A DNA stretch of 64,000 nt from positions 32,674,001 through 32,738,000 of the forward strand of contig OX597824.1 of NCBI GenBank assembly GCA_951406725.2, in the 5' to 3' direction. Position 1 is the first letter of the stretch, and each line of letters begins with the position of its first letter. This document shows, one piece after another, positions 25,864 to 39,310 of the stretch. The notes below the pieces were generated by a model. The model did not search any database. It saw nothing but the letters and a program-made list of their open reading frames with translations, and was not told where the DNA came from. A program made the translations under genes and the position numbers. Source of the stretch: Octopus vulgaris (taxonomy: Eukaryota).

Positions 25864-27153
25864 TTATGTGTAATACAAATATACGAGAGAAAGAGACGCA
25901 CAGACAGACAAATACACAGTCAGACTGATAGACAGAAATTGGGAGGGAAATTTGCTGAAATAAAAGATAGAATACTAGAGATATTTTATTGCCTTTTAAA
26001 TAGCTATACCTCAGTCAAATTTTAATCTGATAAAGGAGGTACAATTGGATTGTACCTCCTTATGATGTGCCTTCATAAAAGGCACGTGGCCAAGTGGTTA
26101 GTGTGTTCAACTCAATAACCTGATGTCGTGTGTTCAGTTCTTGGTCCAGTTAACGTATTGTGTCCTTGAGCAAGCCCCTACAGTTTATGTTACTCCAGTC
26201 TTCTCAGTTGTAAACGCAGTCCCAGTTGGGTACTGATACATTTACCCCCGCTTTCCTCTCCTCAATTTCCACAATCTGGATATTCTACTGGGTCTTGGTG
26301 AAGTGATACGACAAGGTGTCTACATCTGTTTGGGACAGTGTAGACAGCTAAAATAACTAGCAAACGTTTGCTACTACATGTTACCAAACCATACTCGCTC
26401 ATGAGTGGCAGCTGGTTGTACTATATACGTTATGCTTTTCATAAACTAACATAAAGGATCGCGATAATTCTTGCATTGTTCACCTCTATGCAGAGGTATT
26501 TGATGCTAAGATTTGTTGCGTGAGGCAAAGAAGTCACAGTGAACTGGAGCATACCTGATGTTATACACACAACATATGTTCTTTTGAAACAAGATCACTC
26601 ACTTATTAACGGAATAAAGCAACACAAAAAATAGCAATAATCATCGTGGATGCCATTGCTTTATAGCGTTTGAAATTCTAACATAATATGTTGTTTTGGC
26701 AAATTGCCAGAGGCAGGTGAAGCAACTCGAAATATTGACAAATATACACCAGAAGATAGTCATCGTGAGAGTGTACTTATCAATATTCTCTTCGTAATAA
26801 AACTATAAGGTTTTTTTTTACTTGCGTAAAGAAAAAAAAAAGATGTTGTGAGACCTTGTGCAGTTAACTAAATTGCGGATGATGCGCAGCTGAAAACAGC
26901 CATGAAAAACACAAGCATCGTATTTGCAGCACACCGTTGCTAACAGCAATATTTGGATGCATTCCAGATTGTACTCAACCATGGCTTCTAAATGTGCAAA
27001 TAAAGGCTATGGATTTACGTATTCAATAAACTATTAGCTTCCAGGCTGGTCTGTGCACTTGCTGTTAATCAGATGTAGAAGTCATCAGAAAATAAATGCA
27101 AGCATGTGTGCATCTAACTCTTTGTTTTTGAACGCCACACACCCGCAGGCATG

Positions 27154-27177
27154 CACACACACACATACATACATACA

Positions 27178-27213
<36 letters not shown>

Positions 27214-27841
27214 TATACATATATACATACATATATATACATATATACATACATATATACATATATACATACATACATATATATATATATATACATATAT
27301 ACATACATACATACATATATACATACATATATATATATATATATATACATACATATATATATATATATACATACATATATATATATATATACATATATAC
27401 ATACATATATATATATACATATATACATACATACATACATATATATATACATATATATATATACATATATATATACATACATATATATACATATATACAT
27501 ACATATATATATACATATATATACATATATATACATATATATATATATATATACATATATACATACATATATATATATACATATATACATACATATATAT
27601 ATACATATATATATATACATATATACATACATATATACATACATATATACATACATATATACATACATACATACATATATATACATACATATATACATAC
27701 ATATATATATACATATATACATACATATACATACATATATATACATATATACATATATACATACATATATATATACATACATATATATACATATATACAT
27801 ATATACACATATATACATATATACATACATACATATATACA

Positions 27842-27877
<36 letters not shown>

Positions 27878-27879
27878 CA

Positions 27880-27974
<95 letters not shown>
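27154..27974. repeat. (TA/TACA)n compound microsatellite, about 0.8 kb
   Basis: Seen directly. Confidence 0.95.
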
Positions 27975-27976
<2 letters not shown>

Positions 27977-28431
27977 GGATGGGTAGAGAGGTATACAGTT
28001 GAAATCTCTATAAACACAAAGGTATAGTAAAAACAAAACAGCGGCATATTGAAGAGGAAATAAATAAAAGTGAGCAGGTAGATGAAAATGGAAGCCACTT
28101 CACAAAGTTTCAGATTCTGACGGCTATTATAATTTTATTAATATCTAGGATGCCTTAAGGAAATATTAAGTGAATCTGGTACTTCTTATTTTTTTATTTT
28201 GATATCATAGTTTGTGAAGAACAGAATCATTGATTCCAGGTTTCCAAAGACCGGTCGTTAGCTTATTGCATCCCCGACGAAGACAAAGGAAGAATGGCTG
28301 AGTTGCAGAACAAATATGAAAAAGAGGTATCGTCTGTGAAGAACTGGTTCATTTAGTCTCCCCAACGATGGTTACTCCCATCAATGATGTACATAAGTGA
28401 AAAATATACGCATATATATGGTGCGTGTACA

Positions 28432-28661
28432 GGCGGCGAGCTGGCAGAAACGTTAGCACGCCGGGCGAAATGTGTAGCCGTATTTCGTCTGCCGCTACGT
28501 TCTGGGTTCAAATCCCGCCGAGGTCGACTTTGCCTTTCATCCTTTAGGGGTCGATAAATTAAGTACCAGTTACGCACTGGGGTCGATGTAATCGACTTAA
28601 TCCGTTTGTCTGTTCTTGTTTGTCCCCTCTGTGTTTAGCCCCTTGTGGGTAGTAAAGAAAT
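28432..28661 (+). mobile_element. SINE family A, young full-length copy
   Basis: GGCGGCGAGCTGGCAGAAACGTTAG...GGGTTCAAATCCCGCC...GGTAGTAAAGAAAT, flanked by ATATATATGGTGCG direct repeats. The central GCCTTTCATCCTT...GGTCGATAAATTAAGTACCAG segment resembles the Meta-SINE domain (from memory, unverified). Confidence 0.9.
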
Positions 28662-28845
28662 ATATATATGGTGCGCGTGTGTGTGTGTATGTTAAGATTG
28701 GGAAGCCAAGTTGGCCTTGCGGAATTTAAAATAAAAACATAAAGAACCATAATTAGAAATTTCAGACATTTCTTTCCGATGCCTTCGCGATTCTACAAGT
28801 TTATCTCTTTTTACCATTTAATGAGTGTTCCCGAATTTTCTCAAA

Positions 28846-29237
28846 TCTCTATATATAAAGCTGAAGTTGTCTGTGTGTGGCAGGTTTGGTAGCCTTCAAC
28901 TAACACTATCTCCTCCGAGACCCTGCGGCGCAAGTTGACCAAAATTGAGAGTATGATAGAAGAAGGCTTGCTCTTCATTCCGTAGGAGATAAAATTCAAA
29001 TCGAACCATGTTAAGATCAAAAATTCTTTACATCAAAAAGGTGCTTTTTTTCTATGAAAATCCCTATTTTTTTACGATTTTTTGACTGCCGTGTCGTCAT
29101 TTTTCGGTGTATTTCAACCAGAAAAATGTTTACTTAAAGAGAATAACAAGCTACATAATGCAACATTTTTACTTTTCAAAAATTCCAATTCTAAAGCTGT
29201 CGAAACAAACCCGAGCAACGCCGGGCGAGACTGCTAG
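28846..29237 (+). mobile_element. Non-autonomous Helitron, copy 1
   Basis: 5' TC after A, subterminal hairpin CCCGAGCAACGCCGGG, 3' CTAG, no TSD. Near-identical to 30111-30506. Confidence 0.85.
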
Positions 29238-30110
29238 AATATGTATAAATTTCACTGTCGAAGAACATTGCTCAGAGAACATTGCTTCAGAGATGTATTC
29301 TTCAACTCAAAAGAAATGATTTCATAACAGACTTGAAAGTAAATCTTTTGCACCATTTTGCTTTGAAAAAATATACAGTAAAATAGCAAAGACGATATTC
29401 GCAGTTCAATGAAGAAGATAATGTAATATTTCCGATTCATTATTAGACTTCTATTGTGTCTGTAAACTCAATTAGTTATATACCGATTTACCAAATATCG
29501 TTTCTACGATGTCGTCAAGGATAACTCACTTATAACTCACAATGAGAACCGACTTACAATGAGATTACAAGGATTCTTAAATAACAACAGGATATTTCTC
29601 TTTAGCAAAATCAACAAAAGAATGTTTCTCTTGAGCAACATCAACAAAAGATTGCTTCCCTTAAGCAACATCAACTGTTTGGAAGTGTTCTTTGGTAAAT
29701 AATATTGCTAATGAACCATTTTCTACAAACTTATCTGGAAAGAAGATTGTGGAGTTAATAAACGTACGAAAGAATGACTTTCCAACAACCTTTTGAATGT
29801 CTTGAAAAAACGTCTGTCGTAAATTGAGCGGTTCAGAGTCAACAAGAGAGATTTTGTGCCGCATTCACTGTACTAGAAATAGAAGCAAAATTTCTCTCAA
29901 TCTATACTTTACTGTTTTAGATAATCCAGTCATTGTTCAGTGAGCTTAGGAAAAAGAAAGATGGGATAGTTACGAAATGCTTTGAATCACGGTTTATTCG
30001 ACAAGAACTGACCTGGGGCTGAACAACAACAATAATAACCCGGCGATTTAGTTCGGAAAAAAACTAAAGGTTATAAAACTAATTGACGCCACTGTTTTCT
30101 ATATGGTAAA

Positions 30111-30506
30111 TCTCTCTATATACAAGGCTGAAGTTGTCTGTGTTTGTGTGGCAGGTTTGGTAGTCTTCAACTAACACTATCTCCTCCGAGACCCTGCGGC
30201 GCAAGTTGACCAAAATTGAGTGTGATAGAAGAAGGCTTGCTCTTCATTCCGTAGAAGATAATATTCAAATCGGACCATGTTAAAACCAAAAATTATTTAC
30301 ATAAAAAAGGTCCTTTTTTTTCTATGAAAATCCCTATTTTTTTACGATTTTCTGACTAATGTGTCGCCATTTTTCGGTGTATTTCAACCAGAAAAATGTT
30401 CACTTAAAGAGAATAACAAGCTACATAATGCAACATTTTTACTTTTCAAAAATTCCAATTCTAAAGGGTCGAAACATACCCGAGCAACGCCGAGCGATAC
30501 TGCTAG
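30111..30506 (+). mobile_element. Non-autonomous Helitron, copy 2
   Basis: A|TC...CTAG|T insertion signature and subterminal hairpin. Confidence 0.85.
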
Positions 30507-30934
30507 TATGTAATAAGTAGAGTGCAATAAGTAATCGTTTTCAGTCCTTTGCTATAACTAATTAAACTGAGATTCGTTGATTTGAGATATAAATTGCCCG
30601 GTGATATTGTCTCTTTGTTGTACTAAGAACTTGAGTTTTGCATCCGGGGAGAATTCAGAATAAGAATGTGTTTAAATCTAAATACACAAGGAATAAGAGA
30701 GAAGGGCTAATACGACCAAAACATATCCAGAATTGTCTTTTGTACTCATCTTCTGTACTCCATATCTGATCATTAGCAGGGACAACTGATGAAGGGGGGA
30801 TATTCTTTATGTTACATGTCTCGTTTCTCTGTGTTTTTTTTTTTCATTGTTCGTAAAAAAGTTCGTTTTCTATGTTTTCGTTTCTCATTGTGCTTAACCT
30901 TTTTATTTTTTTGATGTCCTGTACCCATATATGC

Positions 30935-31088
30935 ATATATATATATATATACATATATATGTAGGTATGTACATATATATATATGTATATATACATATAT
31001 ATACATATGTATGTGTGTGTATATATATATATATATACATACATACATATACATATATACATATATACATACACACATATATATATAT

Positions 31089-31119
<31 letters not shown>

Positions 31120-31208
31120 TATATATACATACATACATATATACATACACACACACATATATATATATACATACATACACACACACACACATATATATAT
31201 ACATACAT

Positions 31209-31239
<31 letters not shown>

Positions 31240-31424
31240 CATACATACACACACACACATATATATATATATATACATACATACACACACACACACATAT
31301 ATATACATACATACATATATACATACATACACACACACACACACATATATATACATACATACATACACACACACACATAAATATATATACATACATACAT
31401 ACACACACACACACATATATATAT

Positions 31425-31473
<49 letters not shown>

Positions 31474-31577
31474 CATACATACATATGTATGTATATACAC
31501 ACATATATATGTATATATATACATATGTATATATACACACATATACATACATATATATGCATACATACATACATACA
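30935..31577. repeat. (TA)(TACA)(CA) compound microsatellite
   Basis: Seen directly. Confidence 0.95.
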
Positions 31578-31884
31578 AAGTGCACTGCGTCAAAAAACAA
31601 CAAAACATTTTAAAAAGCATTTTCAGGTATGCCAAACTACTTTATTTTATATGTCTTTTTTATTATTTAGGACGGTAAGGATTATCTGAGTGGATGTGAC
31701 TACTATTAGTAACAGCTGGTATTATCAAAATAGTTGCTCTCAATGACTGATTACTAGAAGTAACAAAATACCATAAGCATCAGGACTTATACTTGTAGGA
31801 GCGCTCCTCGCTTTATGTAGGAAAAAATCAATTTTTGAAAGTGGTATATTATTCGTCTATTGCATAATATGAAATATAAGTTTA

Positions 31885-32048
31885 TGGCTGTGTGGGAAAA
31901 AGCTTGCTTTTCAACCGCATGTTTCCGGGTTCAGCCCCACAGCGTGGCATCGTGAAAAAAATGTCTTCAACAATAAGTCCCGGGCCGACCAAAGCCTTGT
32001 GAGTGGATTTGGTAGACAAACGCTGAAAGAAGTCCGTCGTGTATATAC

Positions 32049-32119
<71 letters not shown>

Positions 32120-32365
32120 TGTGTATGTGTCTTTGTATCTGTGTTTGTCTCCCAGCACCACTTCACAACCGCTGTTAGTGCATTTACGTTCCCGTAACTT
32201 AGCGGTTCGATAAAAGAGACCGACTAAATCGGTATGACAGGCTTTATAAAAGCAACAACAAAAATAAGTACTGGGGGGGGGGGCGATTTGTTCGACTAAA
32301 ACACTTCAAGGTGGTGTCCCAGTATGACTGCAGTCTAATGACTGAAAGAAGTAAAAACAAAAGAT
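31885..32365 (+). mobile_element. SINE family B
   Basis: Head, internal (TA)n and tail present. CpGs largely retained. Confidence 0.8.
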
Positions 32366-33127
32366 AATGATAAATGAAATATAAAAAATTTAGCTGATAC
32401 TTCGTGATACACGTTGATATAATTTACGTTGTTGAATTAATGCCAATGCCGACAAGAATTTGCTAAAGTACAATAGATTACAAAACAGAATTGATAGTTG
32501 AACCAGCTTCCATAATATATTCTCTAATCTTAACATTCACTCAGTGTCATCACAAAATATAGATTAATTCAACAAAGCAGTTTTACGGAGATTTTCTTTT
32601 CCATATGGGATTAGGAATTACTTGATTAGACCGTTTGCAGAATTGTTTGAATTGTTGACTGCTTTCAACAATCGGCAACTAGGGAACAGAGATACTCGTC
32701 AATTCAGGAGCTAAGTGTTTCATCAGTTTCAAATATTGATTATTTGAAACAGAAAAATCAGTGATCAGACCAGAGAAGTATTCCATGTATCGCCCCGCAA
32801 TCAATTCACTCTTTGGAGTGTGTTCTCAAAAACAATGTCTCCCATCTTTTCCTCTTTACAAGTAACTATTGTAACATGCAGTAGTAAACCCCATCAGTGA
32901 GAAAAGCAACCTTTCTGAATTTGCTGATTAATGGACAATTCTCTCTGCTTCAATACATCAAATATGATGGAAGAAATCCAAACTACTGTCTATACATAAT
33001 GCTGAGCTTTCTCTTCAGGAAAAAAAATTTAATCTCTTAACGATTCTGAAGATCTATAAAGTACTCACTTCACATTAAAATAACGCAAACATATTCGGAA
33101 TAATGACAACGACGACAATGTATATAT

Positions 33128-33360
33128 CTATTTCTTTACTACCCACAAGGGGCTAAACACAGAGAGGACAAACAAGGACAGACAAACGGATTAAGTCGAT
33201 TACATCGACCCCAGTGCGTAACTGGTACTTATTTAATCGACCCCGAAAGAATGAAAGGCAAAGTCGACCTCGGCGGAATTTGAACTCAGAACGTAACGGC
33301 AGACGAAATACGGCTAAACATTTCGCCCGGAGTGCTAACGTTTCTGCCAGCTCGCTGCCT
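33128..33360 (-). mobile_element. SINE family A, young full-length copy
   Basis: Nearly identical to the reverse complement of 28432-28661. Confidence 0.9.
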
Positions 33361-34502
33361 TATCCTGTTGGACTGCATCCAGAAAGACCAGATGACTGAA
33401 AGGTAAGCTGTCAGTCACCAACATGCTACAGCTGATGGTTAATTGTCACGTTTGTCATCTTCCCTTTCTGTGACTACTACAACTGCTCCTCCTTGTCTGA
33501 TCTGAACGACTGACTATCTACCACATCTATTTACTGACAAATTCCATCCTAAATACGTTGTCATTTCCTCCACGTTGACGTTTCCTTAACCTCAGAAAGA
33601 TCAAGTTACACCAAACTTGGAAATCGGAGAGGAGGACCAAAGCGGTTATGGCTACCACGTTTTTTTTTTTCAGACCTGTGCAATTATTTCTAGTTATTTC
33701 TATTCTTAATGTAGTCCAAAGTAAATTGATAAAAGTGGACGGGTTGGGATATACTTTATAACAACTTTATTAAGAATTAAGAAAAAGAAGAACATGAGAT
33801 GTTAGCAGGGTGTGTGCATAGATGTATGGATAAAACTCATCTACAAGGTATGTGCATATCAATCTGTGTGTGTGTGTGTGTGTGTGGTTCCATTAAGTAA
33901 GAGTACTTAGAATGAGAAAGGAGGTAGGTATCTGTTCAACTGAATGCTTAGAGTTCTAGAAAAGACCAATAAGCGATAGAAAGATTACTCTGTTTCAATT
34001 GCAATCCCTTTCGGTACTGTTTATATCAATGGAATCCATTCGGACGAACACGTTCGTAAATTTGTACAAAGAACTCCCATAGAGACAAAGTGAAAGAGAA
34101 ACAAACCACACCTTTTATGGTGTGGTTGCTTGATATGCTTCCTTTTCGTTGGTGGAAATAGATTTCCTTAGGAACACTGATCTGACTAAACGGAATTGGT
34201 TCTAGTCGTGCCTCTAATTGGACTCCAACTCTGAATGCATGTTAATAATATATATTCGACAGAATATTTGAAGATTTTAAAGATGATAATTCTTTTTACA
34301 ACATCGAGCCTTGGAGTAGACTAAGCACTGCAATGCGTTTGACTCTGTTGATGTTGGTGATAGTCAAGTAAATCCGTCACATTCGATTTCATCTTGATAT
34401 TTGTAGGTTTGGTTGAGGGATGACGACCAGGAGTTGACGGACGTCAAATTGTGGTGACCCCAAAACAGCAAAAATTAAAGGGGGTGATCAGTCAGCCAGT
34501 AA

Positions 34503-34695
34503 TATTGATTTCAAATTTTGGCTCAAGGCCAGCAATTTCGTTGGGGCGTGTGTGGCGTTATGTCGGTTACATCGACCCCGAAAGGATGAAAGGCAAAGTT
34601 GACCTTGGCGGAATTTGAACTCAGAACGTAAAGACGAACGAAGTGCCACTAAGCATTTTGCCTCGCGTGCTATGATTCTGCCAGCTCGCTACCTT
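34503..34695 (-). mobile_element. SINE family A, older-tail subfamily
   Basis: Family A head and body, flanked by TCAGTCAGCCAGT direct repeats. Confidence 0.75.
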
Positions 34696-35049
34696 CAGTC
34701 AGCCAGTTATATCAGAAGTTGAGAGAACAGGTAGCGAGGTAAGAAGTGAGAGGAGTGGAAAGCATCAAAGCTGAAGATATACTTATTGTATATGAGAGTT
34801 TCGGCAGTAGCGTAGATGAGCAGGGTCGCAGGGAACAGTCCACCCTAGGCGATACCTTTACTTGTGGGTCTAATCCATAAGCCTGTATAAGCTTTGTCTC
34901 TCCCCACCCTCAGATGGAGGTAATAAAGTCTGGGGCTGCCCCGGACAGCAAACACTCTAGCCACGCTACTGTGAATTGGACCCTGCTTGATTGGTGTCAT
35001 TGGATAATTTTCTCACAGTTGTTGACATGTCCGAAAAAAATTGGAGTAT

Positions 35050-35710
35050 AGGTTTTATAATCTAAAAAAATCCCAGAGCATTTCTTCTGTGCAGTCAAAT
35101 GTTACGACGCTAAGAATAATTTTGAACCCAAGATAATACATCTGTTTTTGGACAACGTTCCATCTTGATTCTCTCCAAAAGTTCGAAATATCTTTTACAA
35201 TCGTTTTAATTCGTCCTTGCACACTCAACTACAGCGTAAAGCTCATAAAATTATTTCCAAATTCAAAGAATATTATCTTAGATGTCGGCTGATTGTTGCG
35301 ATGGACGATAAACCGCAGTTTGCCAAAGAATTCTGGAAAAATTATAACATTATGCAAGGAGTCAAAAAAATATATGAAAGATATGTGGGAAGAAGCTAGT
35401 TCAACATTGGAGTTTTGAACGCATTTGTGTCCAAATGTAATCAAGGAAGTTCCTAAGACAGAGAATGAAACAATCTCGATGAGCAATGGTCTTGTATAAA
35501 TGGCGCCGGAAGCAGGTTTTAAAGAAGCTGATGCAAATAATATTTGTAAATGAGAACTTCACCTACGAACCGCAAGTATCGGGTTACTATATCGATAAAG
35601 AGACACCTCTACAAGTGGATTTATCTAAAAGCCTTAATGAAATAAACTGTGCTTTGGAGTACTTTCAGAACCCAACTTTTTTCAACGAAGAACGAAAGTT
35701 GAAAGATTTG
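35050..35710 (+). pseudogene. pogo/Tigger-like DDE_1 transposase relic
   Basis: Broken frames give LFLDNVPS (LLLDNAPGH motif), IISKFKEYYLR (VIANFKAYYLR), KEFWKNYNI and THLCP, in the expected order, with stops and frameshifts. Confidence 0.7.
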
Positions 35711-36144
35711 TAATGGTAGTGCTTGATGGTTATAGGGAAGACTTAGCACGATAATTGTCCGGCCTTATCTCCAGTAACCAATGAATTAGACTTATACAAA
35801 AAATAAAAAATTAGGCTGGTGTATTGAGTCAGAAACACATGTCCAAGACTGCCCTCTTATCTCCAAATAATAAACCTGTCCTTTTCTTTAATGACATGTC
35901 AACTTTGGAGAAAATTCTCGAATTCTGAGATTAGCTCTCCTTTTTTAAGTGGGGCTGGTCTTAATTGCCATTTGGTAATAGTGACACATCCTTTAGATGT
36001 GGAGATAGCTATAATAAATCAAGAATACGATCAGACTTTAAAATAAGTCCTAGGAGTGATTTGTTCGCCTAAACCCTCCAAGGCGGTACCCCAGCATTGT
36101 CGCATTCCAATGACTGAAGCAGGTGGCGATTTGTTCGTCTAAAC

Positions 36145-36695
36145 AAGTGGTTCCCAAAGTGGGCGGTATTGTGTCCTTGGGGGCGGTGGAAAGTTCCGAG
36201 AGGGCGTTGAAGAAAAGTGGGGCGATGATGGAGTAGCGATTCATGTAAAACGCGGGGGTAATAATGGGGTAGTGATTCATGTAAAAACAACAAAATAATG
36301 GGTTCATTAGGTTAAGTTTTATTTGTGAAATACAATTGCTTTGAATTTGCTTCAGAAAGAGGTCTGTTTGTGATGGTTAGTCAGGGCGACGAGCTGGCAG
36401 ATATGTTAGCACACCGGGTGAAGTGCTTTGCGGTATTTTGTCTGCTGTACGTTCTGAGTTCAAATTCCACCGAGGTCGACTTTGCTTTTCATCCTTTCGC
36501 GGTCGATTAAATAAGTACCAGTTACGCACTGGGGTCGATATAATCGACTTAATCCGTTTGTCTGTCCTTGTTTGTCCCCTCTATGTTTAGCCCCTTGTGG
36601 GTAGTAAAGAAATAGGTTAGTTGAGGTGAGGGCGCTAGGAATGTGGCCTGGGTGCCAAGTGGAGGGGGTAGCCCGAAAAAGCTTGGGAACCACTG
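36145..36695. mobile_element. hAT-type MITE carrying a nested family A SINE (about 36384-36613)
   Basis: TIRs AAGTGGTTCCCAA and TTGGGAACCACTG. 8-bp flanks GTCTAAAC (36137-36144) and ATCTAACC (36696-36703) fit the NTCTARAN hAT/Charlie target. Confidence 0.75.
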
Positions 36696-37804
36696 ATCTA
36701 ACCCTTTATTGTCACATTCCAATAACTGAAGCAGGTGAAAAAAAGCTAACCTTCTAGATGTTATAATATAAACATAGACACTCCATTGGGGTTGGATGAC
36801 AAGAGAGTTAGTAACCAAGACGTTTGTTGGAAATGTCTGACTAATAGGTTTGTTGTTCATTAGTTGTGTAAAAGCAATGTGTATTTAATATTGCATTAAC
36901 GTACAAGATGTAAGGATTGGTTGAAACTGTTCCAGTTTATTTTCTTCCCCTACTGGAGAAGTTTTTTGTTTGCTATTTTAGCAGGTCGACTCTCCGTGTT
37001 GCTGTTGCTAAGAAGACATTCAATTTGAACAATTTTTACTGAGACTTCCTCCTCCTCCTCCTCCTCGTCATCATCATTATCAGGTTGGTGTTCTCTTTCC
37101 CTTTCTTCCTTTACACTACCACCATCATCCTCAACCTGCACATCATTATCAGCATCATCATTATTAACATTGCCCTTGTCAATATTATTATTATTATTAT
37201 TATTATTGTTGTTGTTATTACTATTATTATCATCATTATTATATATGGCTTTTTTTTTCCTGAAATTCTTTCTTCCTTTCTTTCTTTCTTTTTCTTCTTC
37301 TTCTTCTCCTCCTCCTCCTCCTCCTACGTGCATGGCTGAGCAACGGACTACTTCCGCACAATTAACATTGTGCATTTTCTGAGGGAAGGTCATAATTCTC
37401 CAATTAAAATTTAAATAGCCTTATAAACTCTTATTTCATTGGTTTTCTTTTAATTGAAAGGGAAAGACTTTCTTGCAAAGAAATCAATTCTCTGTTTTCT
37501 ATCTAGTTAGTGATGTAAAATAACTGGAGTGAAGTACATTATCTAATTTTTTAATATTTGTTTAATTTGTCGTTTTTCTCATTTCAGGCTGGTATTTCGA
37601 TTTAAGTGAGTCTCTTCAGTATGCAGTAAATAAGTGCCTATTACTTATATGACATTATTTACGTTATAAAAGAAGAACATTTTTAGAAAAAAAGATGTTT
37701 AAAAAGAAAGGTTATTTGACTAAGTGAAACTCATTTTAATTCGTGTTACATTGGTAATGTAGAAAACAAGAAATGTAATTTAAATTACCGTACAGGGTAC
37801 GGTA

Positions 37805-38120
37805 AAAGGGTAAAGGGTAAAGACCCCATTCGGCCATGAATGACTATGGAATTGCGCCTAGAAAGTTCCGATTCTAGGCACATGTCCTAGCAAGGTTGTT
37901 TATGGAAGACCAGCAGTCACCTATGCATACCAGCCTTCCCACTCCACGCCACAGATGTTATCCAAGGGAAAGGCAAAGGCCAGTACAACTTGGCACCACC
38001 ATTTCTACAGATGAATGAACTGGACAACATGAAATAAAATGTCTTGCTGAATAACACAACATGCTACCTGGTCCACGATTGTGAGCCTAACGCTCTAACC
38101 ACTGGGCCATGGGCCTTTAC
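37805..38120 (-). mobile_element. tRNA-derived SINE family E ((TTTACC)-type tail)
   Basis: Head on the minus strand near 38115 and GGTAAAGGGTAAAGACCCC tail. A related fragment lies at about 55903-55960. Confidence 0.55.
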
Positions 38121-38659
38121 AGATTTATGTATGTGCTCCTCAAAACCCTGGAATCCCGTGACAAGCCCCCCCCCCCACTACCGGATGTAGTTTTAACTCA
38201 TAACCACCCCTTAGCTACTATTGTTTCCAGGTTTACTCTGAACCGGAATAGTAGGACGTGTGACGGTCCGAATCTCTGGGTTAACTAGTATGTAAACCAC
38301 AGGGAGTGAAGAACCCCTAGTTCATGTCAGAACTTCCCTCTTGAACAAGATAAAATCGTATAAAGAAAAACCTGAAGTACAGTTCGATTCTGTTTGGCTC
38401 AAACTCTACGGTTTGTGCTGAGGAGTGAGTTCAGTGTGATGCTACTGTCGGGGTCAGCAGCCATCCATATGGGCCGGAACATCTTTTCACTCTCGCGTTT
38501 AATTTTCGGCTTTGTCTCTAAGGCTGGATCTTTTTACAGGGTGTACTGGATGTGATTTTCGTCGCACCAGCACTAAAGCGACCTCACGAGATACCGCATC
38601 TCTGCTTACTCACTAACTTCTTTTCAGAGTAAAAAGAACGTTTGTGGGTGGGGGTCGCA

Positions 38660-39022
38660 ATCATGGCTTTGTAGTAAGAAGCTTGCTTCCCTTAAGGCGG
38701 CGAGCTGGCAGAAACGTTAGCATGCCGGGAGAAATGTCTAGCGGTATTTCGTCTGTCTTTACGTTCTGAGTACGAATTCCGCTGAGGTCGACTTTGCCTT
38801 AAGTACCAGTTACGCACTGGAGTCGATGTAATCGACTTAATCCGTTTGTCCTTGTTTGTCTTCTCAATGTTTAGCTTTTTGTGGGCAATAAAGAAATAAG
38901 AAGTTTGCTTCCCAATCACATGGTTCCGGGTTCAGTCCCACTATGTGACCCTTCTACTTTAGCCTCGGGCCGACCAAAGCCTTGTGAGTAGATTTGATAA
39001 ACTGAAACTAATAGATGTCTGT

Positions 39023-39084
<62 letters not shown>

Positions 39085-39310
39085 TGTGTGCGCGTGTGTT
39101 TGTGTCTTGGTGTCTCTGTTTCTCTCCCCACACCATCACTCGACAACTGATGTTAGTGTATTTACATCCCTGTAACGTAGCGGTTCGGCAAAAGCGTTTG
39201 ATAGAATAAGCTTATAAGAATAAGTCCTGGGGTCGATTTCTTCGACTAAAATGCAGTGCTCCAGCGTGGTCGCAGTCAAATGAATGAAACAAGTAAAAGA
39301 ATAAAAGAAT
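38660..39310 (+). mobile_element. SINE family B with a family A copy (about 38692-38897) inserted in its tRNA head
   Basis: 16-bp TSD AAGAAG(C/T)TTGCTTCCC at 38676-38691 and 38898-38913. Confidence 0.85.

Noticed and set aside
27053-28098. 270-340 aa ORFs in several frames (similar ones at 3.4-3.9, 7.2-7.9, 15.0-15.6, 30.8-31.7, 43.5-45.9, 51.1-51.7 and 53.4-54.1 kb)
   Set aside because: Translations of (TA/CA/TACA)n microsatellites that lack stop codons; not genes.
32400-33100. Unique-looking sequence that might be an old transposase relic (also 26480-27120)
   Set aside because: No diagnostic motif could be read in any frame; it would need a profile search.
36950-37393. 147-aa minus-strand ORF with poly-E/N/D runs
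   Set aside because: Built from trinucleotide repeats with no domain similarity.
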